DNA of 64,000 nucleotides from Vitrella brassicaformis CCMP3155. Lineage: Eukaryota > Protista > Chromerida. The position numbers were made by a program, and so were the translations under genes. The notes below the pieces were generated by a model, which made no database searches, was not told the origin of the DNA, and saw nothing but the letters and a program-made list of their open reading frames with translations. The DNA is taken from positions 62,001 to 126,000 of the forward strand of contig CDMY01000170.1 of NCBI GenBank assembly GCA_001179505.1. The letters are read 5' to 3'. Shown here in pieces: positions 22,995-33,898 of the stretch (position 1 is the first letter of the stretch; each line of letters opens with the position of its first letter).

Positions 22995-25900
22995 ATGAGG
23001 GTCTGCCCCGCGGCTGCCGTGACCTTCTTCCTGTGCTGCTCTGCGGCATCGCTTGTCGTGCGAGCACAAAAAGGTAGGGCGCCTGACTGCACGAGTGATC
23101 AAGGAAGGCAGGCATGGCCGCTTCCTCCCGTCCGTTCGTTCGCTCACCTCACCTGTGTGCAGGTGCTCACTTCGCGTCTGTCAAGAGGGTGCCGCAGGAC
23201 GCGACAGAGGAGAGGAAGCGTCAACCAGTGGACTTGCCAAAATTGGCTGAGTGAGTCAATCAGGCAGCCTGTGAAGAAGTCTGATTGGGCCCTCTGCTTT
23301 GCTCTCTCCGGTCAGGTCCTTGAACCTGGAGTTGGAGGATGACGGAGGCGACGGCCGCACACGGCTGCACAGAGAGGACGAGCGGGGCAACAGGACGCGA
23401 GCAAGCCGCGAGAGATCGTCATCCGGCGTCATCCCCATATTCGGCACGGAGAATGTCATGCGTAAGCCCGCGATGGCAATCAACCGTGCACTCTCTCTCT
23501 CTCTTGATGCATGTGCGCCCTGCAGCCGACCCTTCTCCCAGACCTCGTCGAGTGGTGAACACGATAGATCTCGAGAACTCCATTCGCATGTTTGGCATAC
23601 TGGCCAATCCCGCCGACCCCGCCGGCGCCCTCGGACCCAAGACGCTGCTCACCGCCACCAACACGGGACTCGTGCTGCAACACCCCACCACGGGCAAACT
23701 GGTGACCGGACAGCGATACACATACACACCAAGTGGAGGGATGGCATGTGGCATGGCAGATTGCGGCTGAGCGTCCGCGTGAGTTCTTTCTGCCTGTGAT
23801 TGCTGGCGACGGCCGGAAGTACCCCCTGGACGTCAACGGCGAGCTCGAGGAGTTCGCCTTCTTCTCGAAGCCCGCCGCACAGTACGACCCCTCCAGCGGG
23901 CGATTCTTCGTCGCCTACCTGCTCAACCAGTGCGAGCAGGTGCTCGCCGTATCCAAGACCAGCGCGCCCAAGTCATTCAGGCCCAAGGAGTGGCTCATCG
24001 GGCGATTCCCGGTGAGCGCGCATCAGAGGAATCGCTGTGTGTGGCTGCACAGTGGGATATCTGTGCGTGCATTTGGTCATCTGTCAGATTGACGAGCGCG
24101 AGCCCAGCACCATCTTCAACGCCACTGAGGAGCAGGATCGCAACAGAACGGTGACGGCGGCGATCTTGTCGGATCTGCTGCAGGAGCTGTTTGGCTTCAC
24201 GAACCCGGATCCGATTTGCCAGCCGAAATTCTACCTCTCCCACCACAGCCTGGGGGTCTCCCCCACCATCCTCGGCTTTGCCTACAACGTCTTCGACACA
24301 AATATAAGTAAGTACAAACATACAGAGAAAAGCGGCTGATCTGCCCACTGTAGTCTCTATGTGTGCGTGGTCTGTGTGGCCGGCCAGACGTCACGCGTCG
24401 TCTTCTTGGCAGCCGCAGCGCATTCATTCCAATGCGACAGATCCTTGACCCCCAGAATTTTGCAGACCTCTTGATACGGGATGATGACACCCCCGACGAA
24501 CCCCCTCTTCGTCCTGAACGATGGCCGTCGAACCGATTTGAGTTGGGACTCATCGACGAAAACAACACTGACATTCTTGATAAGCCTACCATCGAGATTG
24601 TGGACCAATTCGGATCGCTCTCTCTTGTCCCATACGTGCAAGGTAGGTCAGTGCATGTCGCACGCAGACAGGCAGACAGAAACACGCGCACGGGCATTCC
24701 CATTCCTTTCCGTCTCTTTGTCACAGTGCCCGAAGATCAGAAAATTCTGTTGGGTCCCGTCGGCAGTGAGATCTTCGCCAGCTTCGACCGCTCCGAGAAC
24801 CCAGCGGAGCCAACAATACTGCAAGAGACGGCAACACAGCTGGCGGGCTACTGGCTCTACGGCTTCACCAATCGTGGCCCAGGTACGTGTGACCTTGGCG
24901 GGAATGTCCCGATGACACACGTGGAGTTATGTCTCCCTCCCCTTCCCCCTCTGCACACACAGGGCGGCCCGACCCCAAGCAATCGTTCCACACGCCGCTG
25001 AACGGCATCTTCACCCCCCTGACGGCCTTCAGCCTTGACAGCTTCCTCAATGGCAACACCGCCGCGCGAAAACTCATATTCGACCGTGTCATCAACGAGA
25101 CCAGCCCTTTCACCAATGAAAGCCGTGTCGATAACCCGATCAAGGGCCTCAACTTCACCGATCTAAACAGGCCCTTCGACCTGTCAGACCTAACACTGTC
25201 GGAGCTCTTAGATTGGGACACCAACCGGCAACTCAACGAGACGACCCGGATAGAAGTTAGAAAGGAGCTGGAAAAGGTGTTGGAGGTGCGGAACGACATA
25301 CTGTCGTCCCTGCAATCCGGCATCCTCACCGTCGGACCGAACGCATTCTTCCCAGTGAGCCGAGCCGTGTGTTTGTGTACATTAAGATACATGTGTGTGT
25401 GTGCGTGTCTTGACTTGTATACATGTATCAGGCCGTTCAGTTCGACGATCCGGATGAGGACACGACAGGCAGCCAGCTGGGAGGGTTCGAGATATCCCTC
25501 GGTGATGACTTCCTGCAGGTCAGAAGACAGGGAGATATACATAAACAAAATCGATGGATGCACCATGTTTGTGTCTCGTTTTGGTTCGGCATTCGTGCCT
25601 GCAGTCTTGTCGGCAGACACAGCTGGCCATCTTCTGCGTGTGGACGGGGTTCAGGACGATCAAAGACGCCAGCCTCGGTCGCTCACCGCCCCACACATGC
25701 ACACAGAAAGGCCGGTCATCTGATTGAGCGAACGGAACGATTGGATATCTGATGTGTGTGTGTCTCAGATAAGCGACGTCAGCAGTCGTTCATAGCCTTT
25801 GCCCAGCTGGACGTATTTACCATGTTCTCGCGGTCATTCGACGCCCTGGTGCCGCCGCCACCCCAGAAGGCCGTCACGCCAATAGCCATACCTGCACTGC

Positions 25901-27008
25901 TCACCAGAGCCATCCTGGTCAGTGGACAGCCGACACACCACACGGATCGACCGATGTAGGGGTGCACTGCACTTTGTGTGTGTGTTGGGTGCGTGCAGCC
26001 GCCCAAGGGTTGGGATTATGCGTATCCGTCGGTGGCAGCGACGGCCAGCGGCGATGTGCTGATCGGCTTCACGGCCTTTGACAGGGCGGGGTTCCCCTCT
26101 GCCGCATACACATTCCGGCCCGCAGACTGCCCGGACTTCTACACGCCCGTCATATACAAGGCAAGGCACGCAACACAACACAACACGCAGAATGCCACAC
26201 TACCGAACCAGCAGCACTAAGTGTGTGTGTATTGTGTTGGTCTGGTTGTGCAGAAGGGCGAGGCCCCCTACATTCGTCCGACGGCTGAGGTGAATCTGGG
26301 TCGGATGAACCTCCATCCACACAAGAACGTGTCCGCATGGTATTACCACCCACACCACATCCAGACAAACCATGCAATGCACCCTTGTTTGTTATGCTGG
26401 TCGTGGTGCAGGGGCCACGGCTCTGCGACAGTCAACGACCCATCAGACCCCAGCTGTCTGTGGACGCTGCAGGTGGGTGGGAGGGCGAGACACGTACGTC
26501 AGGCATCGCAGCCATACGTTTCTGTCTTGTGTGCGTCATTCACTGTGTGAATCAGCCTTATTCGAAGATACATGGCCCCCTGACCAACGGCCTCCTGCTG
26601 CCGCCCGGCAAGGGCAACTGGGCACTGATGTGGGCACAGGTGTGCGTGGACCCCCACAGGTATCTGGCGCGGCGGCGGCTCAAGCACAAGAACGACATGA
26701 AGCACCGAAATCTGCAGAGGACACAGCAGCAGGCGGCCAAGAGGAAACGGCAAACAACACACACACAGACCAACAACGTCAAGAAACCACCAGACAAAGA
26801 CAATAGGAAGGTCAAGGAGGACCAGAAGCAGCAGGAGACCGCTGAGGCCGACATGTCGTCAGTCTTCGGCAGCGAGGCGTGGCTGGCGCGTCAGTTCCGG
26901 TCACTGCTGTCGCGGGACAGCGCGCGGCTGGGTCTGTCTGCGCTGCTGGGGCGGGAGAGGGTCAGCCAGCTTGATGAGTTTCTCTCATGGCGGAGGGATG
27001 ATCAGTAG
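22995..27008 (+). CDS. Secreted protein resembling a bacterial uncharacterised beta-propeller-like family, with a basic C-terminal tail
   Basis: Signal peptide MRVCPAAAVTFFLCCSAASLVVRA. Motifs PADPAGALGP, QYDPSSGRFFVAY..LAVS, AYPSVAATASGDVLIGF..FPSAAY, KGEAPY, WGHGSATVNDPSDPSCLWTLQPY. About 13 exons. Confidence 0.65.
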
Positions 27009-27095
27009 CCCGCCAGCCCCCATTCATTGGATTTACCGGTGGCGCGAGGGATGGTGGGTGGTGTGTATGATAGTGCAGAGACCGAACTGGCCTCC

Positions 27096-27135
27096 CTCCC
27101 TGTCTCCCTGTCTCCCTGTCTCCCTGTCTCCCTGT
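27096..27135. repeat. (CTCCCTGT)5 octamer tandem repeat
   Basis: Five perfect units read directly. Confidence 0.95.
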
Positions 27136-27858
27136 CTGCTTCTTGGTGTACATAAAGCACCCACACATGACATGAATACATGCACATACATACGGATACA
27201 CAGCTGTCCTCCGTTTCTTCTTTGTCTGTCTTTGTCTCTCTGTGTGTTGGGTATGGTGCGGCGTGGTGCGGTGGAGTCGAGTCGAGTCGAGTCGAGTGGT
27301 GCTGTGTCTACGTGTAGCTGACAGACGGATGTCGTCAACAGGACGACAACCCAGCTGCTGGGCGAGTGGGGTGGGTAGATCGGTCGTTGGCTGACTGACT
27401 GACTGCAGCGGCCGTTTTCCACGCGTGTGGGATGGATGGATGGATGGATGCGTCATTCATGTGGATGTGAGGACAGGTAGGTACGGCCAGCTGCGGTCAT
27501 GCGTGCGTACTTCTCACCCCCCTGCCTATTTTTGGGCCTCAACACAATCAACCTACTCACGCCAATCAACGCAGAGAGAGGGGACAGATTGACATGCAGC
27601 ATCCACTCGCCCCAGGATACTACCTGCACTCAGGACCGACCAGCATCAAAGCAGCCTCAGTCACTGCACCCGTTCGTCCACCGCTGACATGACAGCCCTG
27701 GGTAAGAAGGGGATGTCTTGCTTGTGTGTCTCGTGGTTGCGATTTGTTACATGTAAACCTGCCTGCCTGTTGATTGTCTGTCCATCGCTATCCTCCATGC
27801 TCGCCAGGACACACACCGTCCTGCATGCACTGCACTTCACTCTCTGTCCCCTGGCTGG

Positions 27859-30800
27859 CTACAATCGTGGTCTGGTGAGGTCAAAGTCATATCGATGTGC
27901 CAGCAGCGCACTGTCCAGTGCCCGCATCATGGCCTGGCACCGACTGCTCAGCTCGCTGTCCGCGGCCTCCTTCTCGCCGCCACCATGGAGTGCAATGGAG
28001 CTTGGCGAAGGGGATGGGGCTGTGGGCGTCGGCTGCTGCAACTCCAGGGCCAGGTCTTCGTAAAGGCTGGAATGCTCACTCCTGCACCACACACACTCAT
28101 GGAGGAAGGTGCATTCATTTGTCTATGGGTGTGTGTGTGGATGTGTGTTGGGGGGGNNNNNNNNNNNNNNNNNNNNNNNNNNNNNNNNNNNNNNNNNNNN
28201 NNNNNNNNNNNNNNNNNNNNNNNNNNNNNNNNNNNNNNNNNNNNNNNNNNNNNNNNNNNNNNNNNNNNNNNNNNNNNNNNNNNNNNNNNNNNNNNNNNNN
28301 NNNNNNNNNNNNNNNNNNNNNNNNNNNNNNNNNNNNNNNNNNNNNNNNNNNNNNNNNNNNNNNNNNNNNNNNNNNNNNNNNNNNNNNNNNNNNNNNNNNN
28401 NNNNNNNNNNNNNNNNNNNNNNNNNNNNNNNNNNNNNNNNNNNNNNNNNNNNNNNNGGGGGGGGGGAGTTACTTGATGAGGTGTATGAGCTGTTCCTGGA
28501 ACATGGTGATGGACCGGAAGGTTGGGTGGGAACCGATGAAGAAGTAGAGGAGGGCCGCCCGCATCAAGATGACCATCTCCACCAGCCTGAAGGGGCGGTC
28601 GTGCCTCTGCGCAAGGATCCATGGCAGGGCGTCAAGCGACTGCAGCTCCTCCTCCTCCCAGAAATCGACGTGAATCCTGCAACACACATCGACAAACAAG
28701 TCATCGGCCATATATATCACCCACCCCTCTCCTCCCTGCTCACGCGCACCTGAGCTCCTTCTGGAGCTCCAATCGATCGTGCTCACTCTGACGCTGCACA
28801 CACACATAGATGCCATGCCACAACAGGTAGGTTCTTCCGTGGCTCGGCTGTCGACGGGTGAATGTCCTCCCTCTCGCTCAGCTCACTTGGTGCATTTTCC
28901 TCCTGACGTCCCTTGCGAGGTGGCGCAGCAGTGGGGGCTGGAAGGGAGGGGGCGGTCCCAGCGGCAGATGGGCCAAATCCAACGACGGATACAGACCTGT
29001 TTGTGAAGATGGATACACCACACTACACCAGCAGCATAGCTGCATATGCCCGTGTGTTTGCGGACGGACGGACCTTTCCGTGTCGGCTCAGACGCCAAGT
29101 GGATGCACACGTCGGACTGGGGCGCTGAACAGACAGGGGAAACAGAGAGAGAGCCACAGACACGGTAGTTTCTTTGTCATAGCCGCCCGCCGACCCACCT
29201 ACCTAGTGTGGCGGCACACTCGCTGGCGACAGTGTGAGCCCGCACCGATGCGGCGTCTCGGCCCTCAGGGACGGTGTCGATGACGCCTACCACAGTCAGG
29301 CTGCCCGGCTCGCTGTCCGATCGACGACCTGACATCACACACCGATAGGTACGCACACACACGCGTGTTGATGACCCACACGTGTGTCTTACCTGCGTGG
29401 GTCATCAACGACGAGTAGAGAGACGTTGAGGTCTGCAGACAGACAGACAGACAGACAGACAGACACGGCACATGCCCACAGTCGTGTGTGTAAAGACCTT
29501 ATTATATGTTGGGCTTACGAGTGGAAGCTGGCATTGGGCGTCATCCTGGAGCTCACGGGTCAACACGCCGTGACCTAATCAATCCACACAGCCACCCCAC
29601 CCAGACACACACAATGGTCACCGTCCGTCCACCCCTGCCCGCATTTCTCACCCGCCCATCCCACCTGTGAGGTCATCGACGATGAGCATGACCTTCCTGC
29701 CCTCATCCCTGGCCCGCCTGGCCACATGGACTGCCACCAGCACACTCAGGTACCGAGCAAACAGACCCACGCTGCCGTCACATCGGATGTCCAACACACA
29801 CGGGCTGGTGGGGGCCTTGACGGTGGTACTGGGAGAAGAGGATATGATGGTGGGGGTGTGTACGACGAGGTCGGGGGGCGACTGGGAGGCCAGCAGGGGC
29901 AGCAGCAGGGAACTCTTCCCTGACCACAAACGGTTGGTTGAAATGAATAATGCATGGCGGGCCCTCTCTCTGTCTCTCTCGTGTGTGCGATGGATAGATA
30001 CCAGTGCCGTATGGCCCGACCACAACCACACGATGGCCCTCAGCTGCGTGAATACACACACACACACACACACACACACCGGGTCACTGTGGGTCGACTT
30101 CTCCCTTGCTCTGTCTCTGCCTGCCTGCCTACCAATGGGGTGGAGCACATCGATGGCCATCACGCCCGTCCGAATGAATGACGGCACTGTGGTGCGGGCG
30201 ATGGGAAAGACAGACGCCGAACGACCCAGAGAGAAGAGGGATGGACCCGGCTGCAGTGCACACAGCACAGCCAACAGAGAGAGAAAAGACAGGCTGCATG
30301 CCATGCAGCAATAACTATCTGGTCTCTGAGCCTCTCCTCTCGGCACACCGACCTGACCTGTTCTCTCGGCATCTCTGCCGTCAATGTGAGCGGGCTCACA
30401 GACACGCCGCCAGCCACAGGCCTGGTGCCACATCATCCCCACACACGCATCAATCATCTCACGGATGCTCGAACGAATCGATCTTGCTTCTTTCATACGT
30501 GGGGAGGACGTTGAGAGTGCCGCCCAATGTGCATGCCTCCCCCACCCCGACAGACACACACTGCGATGGCGGGTTGTCCGCTGGGGCAGGGGGGCTGTCC
30601 AGGAGACCCACTGTGCAGTAGGCCGCATCCAACTCGCACACAAGACCGCGGCCTCCTGTTTAATGAATGGCAGGCAACCAAAGGACAAACGAGAGGTCAC
30701 GTCATGCGAATGTCTTGTGCTGTGCGTGGTATTCCCGTTCGTCAGTCAGTCATGACAGTCACCCTGCTCGAAGTGGACGACAGAGCCCACTCTTGCCTCC

Positions 30801-31129
30801 TGGATGCCCGACACCCGGACAAAGCTGCCTGCACGAGCAGAGGCGGCAACACAGACAGAGGCAACCAACACATGGATAGATCCATCAGCAATGGGAAGAT
30901 CCGTGTCGGTCACCCACCCACCATGCTGCGCGACGACTTTCCCATCGAAAGAGCCGCCTTCGAAGCCTTCAGAGAACAGCTTCTCCAGCCCCGACACGCT
31001 CTCCATGCCAGCCGCATTGTGGCGAACACGGCTCACACGGGTAAAGTGCCGAGCGTGGCGAATGACTGATGGATTCTTGTCAAATGCACGAGCGCATGAA
31101 TGAAGCAGACGAAAGAATGTGACAGGCAT
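27859..31129 (-). CDS. Divergent F1-ATP synthase alpha-subunit-like protein with a putative mitochondrial presequence
   Basis: Spliced motifs run collinear with F1-alpha: GKVVAQHGSFVRVSGIQEARVGSVVHFEQG; RTGVMAIDVLHPIAEGHRVVVVGPYGTGKS (Walker A); VMLIVDDLT; GSLTVVGVIDT; SDVCIHL...GLYPSLDL; WILAQRHDRPFRLVEMVIL. The leader is Arg-rich and poor in acidic residues. Confidence 0.8.
28157..28456. other. Assembly gap (300 N), flanked by poly-G, apparently inside one intron
   Basis: The flanking exons join in phase 2 (AA|C = Asn), so no exon has to be missing. Confidence 0.95.
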
Positions 31130-31162
31130 CACGGATCTGCCAGTTTCGGACACTTCCTCAAA

Positions 31163-31191
31163 AGCTCGCCAAAGGCAAAGCTAAGCTCGCA
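31163..31191 (+). promoter_or_regulatory. Candidate promoter motif AGCTCGC(C/A) x2
   Basis: Lies in the 150-nt gap between divergent ATGs 31129 and 31280. Confidence 0.5.
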
Positions 31192-31279
31192 GACCCGGCG
31201 ATGAAGAAACCGGCTCTGGATGCATGACGAAGGCTGTATCGCAACGCTAGGACCACTGATCTGACGATCCAAGCACAAA

Positions 31280-33148
31280 ATGGTACGAACTCACACAATC
31301 ACATGAAGTACCGGGACTCATCAACTCATGCCCCTCCCCTCGTCCGGTGTCTGATGTGCTGTGATGCGTGTGTGTGCAGGATGAAGCACTCCGTCAGGAG
31401 CGTGCTGCCCAGTACCGACAAGCGCATGGGCAGCCGGCCGGGCCTGACCAGGTGTTCCTCCTCCCTGGCAATGCCCGCAACTGGATGCCCAACTGGGGCG
31501 GCGTTGGCGGGGTGCTGGGCACATCCCGCAACAGGAAGTGGCTCATCGGTGGCGGCTGCTGCTTCCTCGTGGTGGTCTTGATCTTGATTCTGCTCTCGCT
31601 GGGCGCCGTCCGACCGACCGAGTACGGCCTGGTCTACAATGCGATAACCAAGAACGTCGACACGAGGCACGTCTATCACGGCGGGCGGCACTTCATCTGG
31701 CTGTTCCACTCGTTCATCCCCTTCCCGGCAATTTTGAGAACGATAGAGTTCTCTGACTATCATCACATTCCCGGTGCGGCGCATTTCGATCCGCTCAAGA
31801 CGAGGACGCCCGAGGGGCTGCAGATCGTCCTGTCTGTCGCCCTGCAATACCGCCTGATCAAGTGAGTCGGCAGGCACACAGCGGAGAAACGCTGCGTGTG
31901 GTGAGGTGTCGGTCTCCGTATGTGAGGGTCTGTGTGTGTGCGTGTTATATAGGGATGAGGTGGGGACTCTGTACACGAGGGCGAATGTGCAGTATGAGAG
32001 CCTCTTCATGCAAAATGCCAGAGATATCCTGCTCAAGGTGTGTTGGGTGCACGCACAGAGGGAGGGAGGGAGGGAGGGAAGGACACACAAACATGGACAC
32101 ACACAGAGCCACATGGGGGTGGGTGTTTTCAGACTGTGTCTCGTTACAACGCCACGAGCTGGTGGCTGGAGCGAGCCAGGATCGGCCGGGACATGCTGGA
32201 GCGAGCCAATGCCACGCTCACATCCCTCCACGCACACGTGAGCACACAACTATTGCCACCAACACGCAGCGAATGGTGTGAGGATGTATATATGTGTATG
32301 TGTATTGTGCCGGCTGTGTGGTTTGGCTGAGTCAGGTGGAGATGCTCCAGATCCTGCGCATCGACTTGCCGGCCGATTGGGAGAAGAAGATTGTCGAGAC
32401 GCAGGTCGCCCAGCAGCAGATACAGACCGAACAAAACAAACAGCAGGTACTTATCTGCCCACACACGCACAACGATCTTTCCCTCCTCCATGGATGCCCC
32501 CCTCTGTCTCTGTGTGTGCAGGCGGCGCGCATCCGTGCGCAGACCAAGGTGATTGGTTCCGAGTTCGCCAGAAACGTCACCGTCATCAACGCGGGGGCAG
32601 TCGCCAACGCCACATACCTCAAACAAAAGGCAAAGGTCAGCCTGGCCGGGCTTGCTGATGTGATGTGTGTGGGTCAATCCAATCCACACATGGAGCCATG
32701 GTCGTGTGTGTGTGTGTCTGTGTGTGTGCAGGCCGAGGCGGTACAGCGTCAGCTTGACACGGAGGCCTACACTCTGGCTATGGCTGCACAGCTGCTGGGG
32801 GCAACGCCAGAAGAGATCGTCAGGTCAGCCACACACGCACACAACACGACACACACACACACACAGAGACCACGGTAGCTATGCAGTGCACGTACCGGCC
32901 GTCTGTTTGGTCTGCTGCTTTCATGCAGGTATCAGCAGATGGCGACGTACGCCTCGCTGGCCAACGCGACTTTCCTCTACGGCATGGACAAGTCCTTGAC
33001 GCCACTGATCAACATCCCCTCGGCCCCGCCCATCGGCAACCCACCTCCCCCGCCCCTCCCCAACGGCCCCATACAGCCCAACGACTCCCGCTCTCTCCTG
33101 CAGACCTGTGAGGACGAGTCATGCTGGAACAGACCGCTGCTGCTTTGA
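31280..33148 (+). CDS. SPFH/band-7 (prohibitin/HflC-like) domain membrane protein
   Basis: N-terminal TM (LIGGGCCFLVVVLILILLSL), AVRPTEYGLVYN, KTRTPEGLQIVLSVALQYRL, coiled coil (VETQVAQQQIQTEQNKQQAARIRAQT), Pro-rich tail. The first coding exon is probably ATG only (31280-31282). Confidence 0.85.
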
Positions 33149-33898
33149 TTTGATGAAGGGATGTGTGGTTCGTTCATGTGTGTACCCTGGTCGTGTGGCA
33201 GCGTGATGGCTGGACGTGTGGCGTGGCGGTTGTCTGTCTGGCCAGATCAGATCTTTTTAAGCTTTTTCGTCTTGCCTGCCTTGTATCGTCAGTCAGCGAG
33301 AAAGGACTTGTGCGTCCATCACACAGACAGAAAGGGGAGGAGGCAGGCAGTGAGTGTATCATCTCGTGCTGTGGTGTGGTGTGGTGTGCGGCTGTCTGTG
33401 TGAGTGAGGGGAGGCCGTGGGTGCGGTGCGTGCGATTGACGGCCGATTGTGACATAGTTGAGGACCATCGGTGACTGACGCCATGTAATGTTATGACCAA
33501 GTCAGTCCATCCAAGCATCAGCTGAGGAACACGCCACTGAGCTGTATAGATTCGTGCACAAACATTCAAGTCGCCCGCGCGCAACAAGTACCAAGAAGCC
33601 GTCACATGGGCACTGGATCAACTGGATTCAACAATGCTCCGCGATCACCATCCAGGTTACACACAAAGATGGCCAAACGCAAATTGAATCGGACACCCAC
33701 TTGATCGAATCGACCCGTGATTGATGGATTGCGTCAGTCAGGCTACCGAGGCCAATGGACCAGCCCATCACCCATCCCATTCAGTGGCAGCAGGATACAA
33801 TCGGTCCCACATATATCCCACCCATCAGCTCAATGTCTGTCTGTCTCATGTCCCATCTCTGTCTGTACACCCATCTATTCTATGCCTCACGCATCATG

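Noticed and set aside
28157-28456. Hidden exon or element in the N gap
   Set aside because: The flanking exons join in phase and the content cannot be seen.
27859-31129. Canonical ATP synthase alpha (atpA/ATP1)
   Set aside because: Near-invariant alpha motifs ([23 protein letters not shown]) are missing or replaced, so it is treated as a paralog.
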